DNA of 64,000 bases, taken from positions 1 through 64,000 of IMG/VR virus record IMGVR_UViG_3300009702_000016. The stretch is one strand, 5' to 3'. Made by a program: the position numbers and the translations under genes. The DNA comes from a virus. The notes under the pieces were generated by a model. The model saw only the letters and a list, made by a program, of their open reading frames with translations. It made no database searches and was not told where the DNA came from. Every line of letters starts with the position of its first letter. The stretch's first letter is position 1. This document shows positions 24,686 to 33,869 of this stretch, piece after piece.

Positions 24686-27673
24686 TTAGCTTCCTGGGGG
24701 AAAGTCGCGATCAACAGAAATGACATCACCCCTATCAGGCGGGCCGCTCTCCTGATCATATGAGGGTCCTTTAGTGTAGGGACCTGTTGGACTGCCGTTG
24801 CTTGGAGCATTCTTCATTTGGTTAGTAATGGAGTCTGCGTTCTTGTCCTCTGGCATCTCATGCACTGGAGCAGTAATAAGCTCAAATCCATGGACTGAGG
24901 TTGGAAGTTCCTTTCGCAAGGTCTTTGGCATCGTGCTATGAACGTATAGCACCGTATCACCCTTTGGTCCTAAGGAACTCCGCACATTCTTTACTCTTGG
25001 GTCGCCCTTTGTCTTTTTCTTCAGCCTTGTGAGTGCTGCTTCTATATCGTTATCTTTTTCTGATGCGGGAGGTCCTTCTTCCTTTCTATTGGGAGAACTA
25101 CTGAAGGTAAGTCCGGGGGCTGTCTTACTTTTGATGTCCTCCAGTACCTCATTGTCTGTGTCATCCTCAGCACTGTCTTCAGAATCGACAGCAATGTAGG
25201 TGTCCTCTCCTTCCACAGACGGTCCATGCTGCTCCTGTGCCATCGGAGGAGCCATCATTGGGGGCGCATCCATTGGAGCCATCATGTGAGGCATGTCCAT
25301 CGGAGGCATGTCCATCGGAGGTGCCATCATTGGAGGAGCATCCATTGGAGCCATCATGTGAGGCATATCCATCGGAGGTGCCATCATCGGAGGAGCATCC
25401 ATTTCAGGTGGATCCAAAGGAAGGTCCCCAGGGAAACGACCAAAAGGAGGCGGAGGAGCCTCTTCGCCCCCGTCAAAGGTGTCGGGTTCCATTGCTTTCG
25501 GATCGATTCGGACCAGATAAACTGTTCCTTCCCCACTGTCCTTAACGTAGCCAAATGCGTTTTCCGTGGGAGGAATAGCACCTGAGTCTACCATGGGCGC
25601 AGGGAGGGAAGGGGGCGCCGCAGGTGCCACTGCATCTTCTAGCGCCCTCTGAGCCCATGGAGGAAGAGACCCAGACGAAGAGGGAGTCATTGTCTTTTCT
25701 AGTATGTTCTTTAGCATGGGATGCGGAGGGGTTGGCCCTTCGCCGCAACCGCAGCCAACTCCTTCTCGGATCCAGGGAGATGCGATACGGATCTCCTTAC
25801 CCGTGTCCAGGCTTCGAACAACGTACGAGATCTTCGATGCCTTTCCAGTCTTTCTGCCCGCTACACGAACAAGTTCTACCTTTACGTTAGCTCCCGTATC
25901 GGGATCAATCGTAGACCAGTGCGTTCCAATGTCTGGGATAATTCCAATAGCACCGCTTGCGTAGTGCATTACGTCTGTCTTCAGTGCCACGAGGATGTGC
26001 GCTCCCACTCGCAAGTGGTCGGAGACCTCCTCGATCCTAGAGCGAAGGGAATCCGTTGCAGACAGTAAGGAAGCGGCTCTTTCCAGGTCGGATGCGGCCT
26101 TCGGGCTGTACGTACTGCGTGCTACTCTCTTCCTTGTTGGCGCGACTGGGATGTAGGTTAGAGCCAAACGTGCCGAAGATGACCGAAGGAGAGGAAAAGA
26201 GTTCCAATTGTATACCCCGAAATCCTTTTCGATGGGAGTCTCGCTGTCCTCCAGCAGCTCAAAGATTTCGATCTTATAGTCGAACTCTTCTCGCACCTCC
26301 TGTAGGAAGAAGTTGATATCTTCCTCCCTGTCGAAGGGGACATCGTAGGTGAAATGCTTCGTCTTCTTGGCGTTCTTTTTGCGGAGGAAATCTCTGAACT
26401 CTGGATCCCTCACCGCATTCGCAGTAAATGTTACGCGAATTACAGAGCTTGCAATCTTACGTGTTGCTGCTTTTCTTGGCATCTGTTCACCTTTGCTTAG
26501 CATCTCAATCAGAACTGGGTCCGCAGCTACAATGTGTTTTCCGCTTATCAAAACGGGCTCATCTGCAACAGTATATACCCTGTAGTCGTAGGTTCCTTTT
26601 CTATCTGAGCGGGAATAGCTTGATAAAAGGTCCTCTAATCTGTCATCAACGATATTCCCATAATAAAGGGCGCCTGTTCTCCGCTCAGCTTCCAGGAATA
26701 AACTACGGACAAACGGATCTGTTTCTGCTATTTCTTCCAAGGAAGAGAGGAATTTTTTGCTGCTTATTTTCTTGATTCCGTTAACTAGGTTCGCTTCTTT
26801 CAGCATAATGAAGCTCTTGCACTTAACGTAGCTTCCCCGACTACGATCAAAAGAGGGGCACTCTTCTTTGTTGAACCTACAGAAAGCAAAATGTTCTGTT
26901 AGTCGTGTCTCCTTTTCTGGCAGCTGATGATCAGGACAGTCGTCTCTGGCCACTTTCCAATTACCTTGTGCTCCCATGTAGGCAGGGATTAGACCCTCTT
27001 CCTTGACGTAGTACTGCTTGATCTTATCGTTGACGTCTTCGACCTTCTGCGCGGCGAAGTGGCTGGACCTACCCCGGAGAAGGGAAGAGACTTTCAGCAA
27101 GATACTATGCGCAGACTTCTCGTTTGGCCTGAGCCTGGTGATCGCACGACCAAGCAGGGTGGACGTCTTACCAAAGCTCTCTACCCACTTTCCTACGACC
27201 TCCTTGCGGATGTCAGGCCAGAAATCGTCCAGGTACTTCCAATAGTTTCCTATGCTTCTCAGAAAGGAGGATGTCTTGGGGCGCCCAACAGAGTTCTTCC
27301 TCACTTCCCCTAGAGTAAACTCCTCTGCCTTAGCATAGATCGTATAGGACTTTTTGACCATGTCTATCGCATAGTCTAACGACATCCTTAGCTCTTCATC
27401 ATCCGCCTCCGGGGAAGATACTGCCTCCACTGTGGCAGCCCGGATGCGGTCAAGTAGGTTCAACTGAGAACTTACCTTGGGTAGAAGGCTATCCTCATTG
27501 ATCATGTTCCAGAACTTTTGCAGGTTCTCTAGGTCATCCTGGTACCCAACAACCACAGAGGCTAAAGTTCGTACTCTAGCTCCTATGCTTCTATCGACTA
27601 GATCGCTCCATTCGCTCTCAGAAGCCCCAAGAAACGCCATCGCAAGATCTTCTTTCTTATCCGTAATAGGCAT
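24686..27673 (-). CDS. 995-aa hypothetical multidomain protein with Met/Pro-rich repeats
   Basis: TGATG-coupled start; Cys cluster; PPMDMPHMMAPMDAPPMM repeats. Confidence 0.8.
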   Translation of the reverse strand: MPITDKKEDLAMAFLGASESEWSDLVDRSIGARVRTLASVVVGYQDDLENLQKFWNMINEDSLLPKVSSQLNLLDRIRAATVEAVSSPEADDEELRMSLDYAIDMVKKSYTIYAKAEEFTLGEVRKNSVGRPKTSSFLRSIGNYWKYLDDFWPDIRKEVVGKWVESFGKTSTLLGRAITRLRPNEKSAHSILLKVSSLLRGRSSHFAAQKVEDVNDKIKQYYVKEEGLIPAYMGAQGNWKVARDDCPDHQLPEKETRLTEHFAFCRFNKEECPSFDRSRGSYVKCKSFIMLKEANLVNGIKKISSKKFLSSLEEIAETDPFVRSLFLEAERRTGALYYGNIVDDRLEDLLSSYSRSDRKGTYDYRVYTVADEPVLISGKHIVAADPVLIEMLSKGEQMPRKAATRKIASSVIRVTFTANAVRDPEFRDFLRKKNAKKTKHFTYDVPFDREEDINFFLQEVREEFDYKIEIFELLEDSETPIEKDFGVYNWNSFPLLRSSSARLALTYIPVAPTRKRVARSTYSPKAASDLERAASLLSATDSLRSRIEEVSDHLRVGAHILVALKTDVMHYASGAIGIIPDIGTHWSTIDPDTGANVKVELVRVAGRKTGKASKISYVVRSLDTGKEIRIASPWIREGVGCGCGEGPTPPHPMLKNILEKTMTPSSSGSLPPWAQRALEDAVAPAAPPSLPAPMVDSGAIPPTENAFGYVKDSGEGTVYLVRIDPKAMEPDTFDGGEEAPPPPFGRFPGDLPLDPPEMDAPPMMAPPMDMPHMMAPMDAPPMMAPPMDMPPMDMPHMMAPMDAPPMMAPPMAQEQHGPSVEGEDTYIAVDSEDSAEDDTDNEVLEDIKSKTAPGLTFSSSPNRKEEGPPASEKDNDIEAALTRLKKKTKGDPRVKNVRSSLGPKGDTVLYVHSTMPKTLRKELPTSVHGFELITAPVHEMPEDKNADSITNQMKNAPSNGSPTGPYTKGPSYDQESGPPDRGDVISVDRDFPPGS
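25240..25402 (-). repeat. Coding Met/Pro repeats (MDAPPMMAPPMDMPHMMAP)
   Basis: Repeated CCATCGGAGG and CATCCATTGGAGCCATCATGTGAGGCAT blocks on the + strand. Confidence 0.85.
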
Positions 27674-28626
27674 CAGAGTTCCAGAAGAAGGAGTTTGGCT
27701 TCCGCTATTCTACCCTGTTCTAAAAGCGGGGCTAGAGGAGAGGGGGTAGACCCCTCGTCTACCTCTTGCAGTGCCTCTGCCTTCTTATAAGCCTCGGTTC
27801 CTGCTGTGAGGGAGGAAAGTAGGGAATGGTACCCGCTTTTCACTGCGGCTTGCTTCTTTGCGCTTCGGTAATCTGCTGCCACTCTTCGGATAAGGCTATC
27901 CGCCATCTCTCTCGTGCCTAGAAGAAGGTCCATGTTCAGTGACAAATAGTCCCCGAGCTTCGAGGAAAGGTCATCTGACCTCATATCCTTCAGGAGAACA
28001 GCATCTTTACCAAGAGCCTTAATGATGGAAGAGACGACCCTCTCCCGTAGATTTCTAACCTCGGGACTTTGGTAAATGTCCTCCGAGGACAGGGCTTCCT
28101 TAACCTTTTGGCCGAACTCTTCCCAGCTCTGCTCGCCCGCGATCTTAAGAAGCTCGATGGCATCTTCTATGTGTCCCCCTTCGAGAAGCTCTCTGGCCGT
28201 ATCATCAAATTTTGTGTTCGACATAACTAGTGTGCTCGCTGTTCCTGCGCTAGGTGGTCCTAGATAAGGAGAAGCCCCTACGCCTCCGCCTGCTCCACCG
28301 CTGTTGCCCTTATCTGTGCCCCGTAGCTCTTCCTGGCGCTTACGTTGTGCGTCCAGTGCCTCGCTTTTCTTTCCCTTTGGCCAGAGGCGGCACTTGATAG
28401 TGGTGGCGTTGGGGTCTTTCGTTTCCTTGCTATACTGGATTCCGTTTTCATTAAGGCTGTCAAAGAATGCCTTTGGGTTGTGGTTCCGGGGAACACGGAA
28501 CTCGATCATCGTGACCTTAGCCCCAGGGATAGAGGGGTCCTCTACAACTCCTGAGTTCATCAGGTTCATGTGGTGCCCCTTGAGGAGCTTGGCCGCAACT
28601 GACCTAATGTCTACCGGAGCCGTCAT
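27673..28626 (-). CDS. Hypothetical protein
   Basis: 317 aa, coupled to the downstream gene. Confidence 0.7.
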   Translation of the reverse strand: MTAPVDIRSVAAKLLKGHHMNLMNSGVVEDPSIPGAKVTMIEFRVPRNHNPKAFFDSLNENGIQYSKETKDPNATTIKCRLWPKGKKSEALDAQRKRQEELRGTDKGNSGGAGGGVGASPYLGPPSAGTASTLVMSNTKFDDTARELLEGGHIEDAIELLKIAGEQSWEEFGQKVKEALSSEDIYQSPEVRNLRERVVSSIIKALGKDAVLLKDMRSDDLSSKLGDYLSLNMDLLLGTREMADSLIRRVAADYRSAKKQAAVKSGYHSLLSSLTAGTEAYKKAEALQEVDEGSTPSPLAPLLEQGRIAEAKLLLLEL

Positions 28627-28629
28627 CGT

Positions 28630-29001
28630 TTACCTTCTAGTCTCGTTAAATAACTCAGCGAGCTGTTTAAGCCTCTCTTTTTCATCACTTATTTCTTTGA
28701 TTTTTTCAAGCTTATCTGTAACTTTCTTCTCTTCTTTCTTCGCTTCTTCTATCTCTACCTCGGCTTCTGCATTCACTTTTTCTAGACCTTCGTCTAGCTT
28801 TTTCTTCTTCTTATCTCCCTTTACGTCTGGTTTTTCTGTCTTCTTGAGCTTACCAACTAGAAAAACCACGGAAAAAGCAACGGCTCCTGCCCCAGCCAGG
28901 TACTTCCAATACTTCTTAAGGAGTTCTGGCTGGAACTTAAGCAAAAGAATAAGCACAACAATAAGGAGCGAAAATAGAGCTACTAGGTAGATAGTGGTCA
29001 T
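28630..29001 (-). CDS. Membrane protein (two hydrophobic helices plus charged coiled-coil tail; holin/spanin-like topology)
   Basis: IYLVALFSLLIVVLILLL and LAGAGAVAFSVVFLV followed by a K/E-rich tail. Confidence 0.65.
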   Translation of the reverse strand: MTTIYLVALFSLLIVVLILLLKFQPELLKKYWKYLAGAGAVAFSVVFLVGKLKKTEKPDVKGDKKKKKLDEGLEKVNAEAEVEIEEAKKEEKKVTDKLEKIKEISDEKERLKQLAELFNETRR

Positions 29002-29423
29002 TATACGAAAATGGGCTCAAACGCTGGGGTGGTCTTAAGACTTTCCTCAAACACTCCTTCAATCCAAACCTGTGCTATAACGTCCACTAATGTTCCTGCT
29101 GTTTCTAGCAAAAGCTCATGCGATGTGATTCCAGAATCCAAAGCTACAGTAAGAAAAGTGTGACATAGCAGTCCCTGAGGGGCAACTACCTCGTCAACAA
29201 GAACAGTAGAAAACGATCCGGTGAGTAGAGGGTCGTCACTTACTCCCAGATTTAGAATATGAGTAATTTGAACCCTCAAGGTATCAGCAGTTGACGTATT
29301 TTTAACGAACAACTTCGGCCTTAGAATCGGAGAAACCGGAAGGTTTGTCTCAACTTCTGTCGTTATGGTTTCTCCAGGAGTAACCAAGCGATAGGGGTAG
29401 AGCTGCTTTACAGGTACTAACAT
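29001..29423 (-). CDS. Hypothetical beta-rich protein (possibly structural)
   Basis: TAATG coupling at both ends. Confidence 0.65.
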   Translation of the reverse strand: MLVPVKQLYPYRLVTPGETITTEVETNLPVSPILRPKLFVKNTSTADTLRVQITHILNLGVSDDPLLTGSFSTVLVDEVVAPQGLLCHTFLTVALDSGITSHELLLETAGTLVDVIAQVWIEGVFEESLKTTPAFEPIFV

Positions 29424-29665
29424 TAGATATTCTCAGCTAGTTGTGCTAGGCGATTTGCGAGCGCCTCTAGCTTATTAGCGTAGGGAGCTATATTCCTAAT
29501 TCGACACAAGCGTTCGAAGTTGTTTTTTGCCACAGTCCACTGTGTCGTAAGATCCTTTGACTCGTAGATGCTGTCAGCGTAATGCTTAACCGTGTATCTC
29601 CAAACCGAATAAGCGTCTGGGTTCAGTGAGCTTGGTGTGTTCTTGTATGAGGGTGCGGGTTTCAT
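29423..29665 (-). CDS. Hypothetical protein
   Basis: Coupled ORF; ends ANRLAQLAENI. Confidence 0.6.
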   Translation of the reverse strand: MKPAPSYKNTPSSLNPDAYSVWRYTVKHYADSIYESKDLTTQWTVAKNNFERLCRIRNIAPYANKLEALANRLAQLAENI

Positions 29666-30237
29666 AGAAGCTCCTCGTCGACTCTCTTCTTACTTCGAAG
29701 TTCACCATTCAAGTCGGACCCAGTTCCTGCCTGACGTTCGAGTGGTAGATAAGGAGTTTCTCCCTTAGTTACTGGAACGGTCTTCGCTAATAAGAATACG
29801 GGTATAGGTCCTCCTCCTCCTGGTGGTGGGCCATTACCCCCTGGTGGTGGGCCATTACCCCCTCCTGGTGGTGGGCCATTACCCCCTCCTGGTGGTGGGC
29901 CATTACCCCCTCCTCCTGGCGGGTTTCCTGGGGCCGTAGGAACATCCATGAGCATCTCAATCCGTACTTGCAAGTTAGTGATAGCGGAAGGATGACTGAA
30001 CTGAAATACAAAATCTCCTAGCCCTTCTGGTCCGTTGCCAAACCTCTTGTCGAACAATATCTCTCGAATGAGGTTTCCTCTGTACAGGAGCTGGCAGGTC
30101 CCTGACTTAACGAGTCCCGGAAACCCTAGCTCTAAGGTGGGATCTACAACAAAAGCGTACACTAGAACTGTGTCCCCAGTTTTTTCATACTCCGCCCTCA
30201 AGTCAAGAACGAGTTCTGTAGGGGACGCAGAGGGCAT
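29662..30237 (-). CDS. Hypothetical beta-rich protein with GGGNGPPP repeats
   Basis: 21-24-nt repeats of GGTGGTGGGCCATTACCCCC at ~29815-29917. Confidence 0.7.
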   Translation of the reverse strand: MPSASPTELVLDLRAEYEKTGDTVLVYAFVVDPTLELGFPGLVKSGTCQLLYRGNLIREILFDKRFGNGPEGLGDFVFQFSHPSAITNLQVRIEMLMDVPTAPGNPPGGGGNGPPPGGGNGPPPGGGNGPPPGGNGPPPGGGGPIPVFLLAKTVPVTKGETPYLPLERQAGTGSDLNGELRSKKRVDEELL

Positions 30238-30650
30238 CAGATAGTCTCAGTCGGAGCAGTGAATGTGGTTCCTTGAGACCAGGTTGACGTGATTCGATTA
30301 CGGAACAACACGGTTTCCGGTACGCTCACGAGCAGGGGAACCCTGACCACGTTGGTACTTGCGCCTGCGTCATAGGAATACGTTATGGTTAGCTCGTAGT
30401 TGGAGAAAGCCGCAGCTGTAAGATCGAGGGAACCTGAGTACAGAAAGGCACTTCCTGGAACCAAAGACAGCGTTATCTCGCCAAGCGTCCCTAGACTTAG
30501 ATCCTTCGCAAGTAGTCCTGTGGTTGGATCCATTCTGAAGATAGCACATAGGGGGTCTGCATCAGGAGACACCAGGCTGCCATCCGTGCGCCTAGTAACC
30601 GTAGACACAGCCACAAACTGTTGGTCTTTATGGGTAAGTATGAGACTCAC
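30237..30650 (-). CDS. Hypothetical beta-sandwich (Ig-like) protein
   Basis: Coupled ORF, Thr/Val-rich; DGSLVSPDADP...Y.LTITY pattern. Confidence 0.6.
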   Translation of the reverse strand: MSLILTHKDQQFVAVSTVTRRTDGSLVSPDADPLCAIFRMDPTTGLLAKDLSLGTLGEITLSLVPGSAFLYSGSLDLTAAAFSNYELTITYSYDAGASTNVVRVPLLVSVPETVLFRNRITSTWSQGTTFTAPTETI

Positions 30651-32503
30651 GACTTCCTCCTAGGAGCGAGCTGAAGATCCTCATCCTCAATCCTGTTCTT
30701 GATTCCTCTCGTAAGTCTTGACTTATGCGATGCGTCTTCGATCTGTTTGTTAACCTTGGTTATGAACGCGACCAAACCGTTCTTCTTCTCCGAGACGCTG
30801 TAGACAGAAAACGGGATACCGAACGTATACATGGCTCCCTTTCTTACTTCTTTAAGTAGTGGAGCAGCCCCCATAAGGCGTTCTAGATCAGAGGAGTTAG
30901 CCCGTAGGATGCGAAGAAGCTCCTTCGTAAAGGTTGTATCGTTCTCTCCTTTGACTTCTTCCCCTTCTACATGGTGAGACCAAATTATCATCATGTGATA
31001 GTCTTGGTCGAAGTCAACAAAGCCAGAAAACTGTGTGCTCTGGACCGGGGTAACCATCACCTTGGTCATCATGTTCGGAACTTTTCTGTCTACAGAGAAG
31101 GAGGCGATGGGACTTCCCTCCTCCTCTTCCATCATCATTCCAGGAGGCAGACGGACCAGGGACATCATGTTTCCGTCGCTACTCTTTCTAGCCTCCTGGA
31201 GTGCAGAACGATACGAAACGAACGATTGATACCCCTGCGATAACTTATGCCCTTGGATTTTGAAGGAACGGGCATAGTTGTCGACTGAAGAGATAAAATC
31301 AGAAACAATCATAAGGGTTTCGTCTAGGCTTCGATTTACCGTTCGGCCCTTCCTAAGTGTTAGAAGTGCGTCACTAAAGAGGCCAAAGGCTAACTGAACA
31401 GTAGTATCCTCGGGAAGCTCTCGGAACCCTTTCTCCTGATCATACTCGCCTAAATCGTATGACTTAATAGGGACTAGTTCACCCTCGTCATCGTACTCCA
31501 TCTTTTCCGTATCGGTCTTGGTCACGACCTCCATATACCCGTATCGTCCAACTTTTGACCGTACCGACAAATAAACCCTTTGTTTATAGACGTCGTAGTC
31601 CCCCTGTCTTCGCAAAGCGTCAAGCGTTTCGTCCGCCTTGTTCTCACTCCCCAGAGGAAAGAGTATCTCTAACTGGGTGGGAGGGGGAATGATGTCTACA
31701 ATCCTTGCTCTTCCCCTGTCGAACGCGAGCAGAGCGTTATCAATGCTAGGTCCCCCCGTCTGCTTCTCATACTGTTCAGAAAGATTCTTCAGGAGCTTCT
31801 TTCCTCCTCTACTTACTGCCCATATGCCAGGAGAGCTAAGGTCCTCGTACTCGCCTCTGTCATTGACCACGCTGAAGTTTCTCCGGTCGATTCCGTACAT
31901 TGGAAGTCGAACTACCCCAGGAGATGTCTTTGTAGTTATGTTGATAGAGTTCGAGAGTCTGTCATACACTGCATCTAGTTTCTTCGACTTGACCGTTAGA
32001 TCCCGAGCGGACGAGGAGTCTACGTTATAGACATCCTTGACGGACTTCTCGATGTCAGCCACGAGGCGAAGTTCTGGCTCCCCTACGGTAATCAGAAGTC
32101 CCTGAGAGTTGTGATGCGCCTCCTCCTTAGCTATCGTCTGTCGGAGTTTACGGATGGGGGCAGACAAGGCACCAATGTTGGGAGGGTTGACTTCATCTGG
32201 CACCGTAATGGGAGAACGTCGAGCCATATCCATAGCGGATTTGGTCTTTGGGAACTTGTATCCTTTTCTCTCCGCACTGGTTAGTAAATCAGAGATCAAA
32301 GTGAAGGGGTCTTTTGTCCCTACGGAGGATGCCTTGCCTAGCATTCCCTGGTAGTACAAGGTTAGAAAGATGCGAAGCAAAGGGGAGTCTAGAATATCCA
32401 TTCGGACCAGGATTTCTGCTCCATTTTCATCTTCGGCAAGAACCAGGTGAGCAAGACGCTTAAGCCTTATTGCGTTCCGCTCTAGTAGAAGTTTCGAGTT
32501 CAT
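30647..32503 (-). CDS. 618-aa hypothetical protein
   Basis: Long coupled ORF; N-terminal RLKRLAHLVLA helix. Confidence 0.75.
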   Translation of the reverse strand: MNSKLLLERNAIRLKRLAHLVLAEDENGAEILVRMDILDSPLLRIFLTLYYQGMLGKASSVGTKDPFTLISDLLTSAERKGYKFPKTKSAMDMARRSPITVPDEVNPPNIGALSAPIRKLRQTIAKEEAHHNSQGLLITVGEPELRLVADIEKSVKDVYNVDSSSARDLTVKSKKLDAVYDRLSNSINITTKTSPGVVRLPMYGIDRRNFSVVNDRGEYEDLSSPGIWAVSRGGKKLLKNLSEQYEKQTGGPSIDNALLAFDRGRARIVDIIPPPTQLEILFPLGSENKADETLDALRRQGDYDVYKQRVYLSVRSKVGRYGYMEVVTKTDTEKMEYDDEGELVPIKSYDLGEYDQEKGFRELPEDTTVQLAFGLFSDALLTLRKGRTVNRSLDETLMIVSDFISSVDNYARSFKIQGHKLSQGYQSFVSYRSALQEARKSSDGNMMSLVRLPPGMMMEEEEGSPIASFSVDRKVPNMMTKVMVTPVQSTQFSGFVDFDQDYHMMIIWSHHVEGEEVKGENDTTFTKELLRILRANSSDLERLMGAAPLLKEVRKGAMYTFGIPFSVYSVSEKKNGLVAFITKVNKQIEDASHKSRLTRGIKNRIEDEDLQLAPRRKS

Positions 32504-33339
32504 CAGATCTCACCGTGAGTCTTGGGCTTAATAGAGGACCATTCGCCTAACGAGTACCCGTCCTTTGTAAGTTGATCGAATAGTGCCTTGAGCTTTCTAG
32601 ACGCAGGACGTGACATGGAGTACCCATCTGCACAAAGTCCATTGGAAAGTTCACGTATGGATCTCTTCAGCACGTTATTTGCGTGCATGGAGTAGGAACT
32701 TGTAGGGATTTCCTCGATGTAAGGAGACTGCTCTGACCTATTGCACTCCCCAAGCCAGAACTTGACAGCAAGGGACCACTGGTCCTCTAAACTTCGGGGA
32801 CTTAGGATGATCTTTCTCTTGTCCTTGTTGCGTAGAACTTTGTTCCAGCACTTTTTGCCCTCCTTTGATGCCCCAGCAGGAGGCTTGTTGAGCTTAGGTC
32901 GCTCTCCCTTTGCTGCCTCAACAAGCTTTCCCTTTACGTCTGGACTCATAGCCAAGGCTTCTTTGATGACTCCTACTACATCTTCTGTCGAAGAGGCTTG
33001 TAGGTTCATAGGCATAAGTGGCCGACTAAGAAACCCTTTCTCCTTCAGCCACGACGTAGCGTCCTCTAGATCATCCGGCTTCCAAACCTTAGCAATCGCC
33101 TCCTGCAGATGGCCAAGTCCGACTTTGTTTTGGATATACATCTTGGCCATGTTTCGGATGGCGTTGTCATCCTGTGTTCCCAGCAAGCGTAGTCTATCGA
33201 GAAACTGGTTGTAGTAGTCTATCGGTAGCACCTTAAATAGCTTAAGCCAGGCGGAATCCTCCTCTAGGATAGCCCAAAGGAGATCCTTGGGGGCATACAA
33301 TATAGCCCTCTTTTGCTCATCTAGAGGAAGGGTTTTCAT
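32503..33339 (-). CDS. Hypothetical protein
   Basis: Coupled ORF. Confidence 0.7.
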   Translation of the reverse strand: MKTLPLDEQKRAILYAPKDLLWAILEEDSAWLKLFKVLPIDYYNQFLDRLRLLGTQDDNAIRNMAKMYIQNKVGLGHLQEAIAKVWKPDDLEDATSWLKEKGFLSRPLMPMNLQASSTEDVVGVIKEALAMSPDVKGKLVEAAKGERPKLNKPPAGASKEGKKCWNKVLRNKDKRKIILSPRSLEDQWSLAVKFWLGECNRSEQSPYIEEIPTSSYSMHANNVLKRSIRELSNGLCADGYSMSRPASRKLKALFDQLTKDGYSLGEWSSIKPKTHGEI

Positions 33340-33869
33340 CGACTTAGTTTCCAGTACATTTCAAGGTCAGACTCATGCTCCCTCAAATAACTAGACATCT
33401 TTTCTAGTCTCTTGGGTGAGGTGTGGCAGAGTGCTCTTTTCATAGCAGAAAGAAGAAGAGTGGTCATCTCGTATGGATCGTTAAATCCTGCTTCTAGGAG
33501 ACGGTCACTTACATACTCCTCAGTAGAAAGTAAAGAGTTGGCCGCCTTTCCGTGCAAGCGCAACTTGCCAAAAGAAGCACTAACTTCTTGCCCTCCTCCC
33601 CCGCCTAGCTTCTTAGCCAAAAGATTCCCAACAAGTGATCCCAGTTCATGACCTAGGCGAGCCCAGACATCATCAGGAATCATCTTTATGGCCTTCATGA
33701 GCATCTCTGCGGCTCTACCTGCCGTCTTCATGTTAGGCACAAGCAGAGAGGCAGTGCGCTCTTTAGCCGTAGGAATTATTTCTTCCTCAAGATCCACCTG
33801 TAGAAGGTCCTGTATCTTAGCAGATAGAACGATAAGTTTAACTGCTGCCTTTTCTTCCTTACTAGTCAT
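33336..33869 (-). CDS. Hypothetical protein
   Basis: Coupled ORF; contains RTAS, KTAG and VSAS motifs. Confidence 0.7.
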   Translation of the reverse strand: MTSKEEKAAVKLIVLSAKIQDLLQVDLEEEIIPTAKERTASLLVPNMKTAGRAAEMLMKAIKMIPDDVWARLGHELGSLVGNLLAKKLGGGGGQEVSASFGKLRLHGKAANSLLSTEEYVSDRLLEAGFNDPYEMTTLLLSAMKRALCHTSPKRLEKMSSYLREHESDLEMYWKLSR

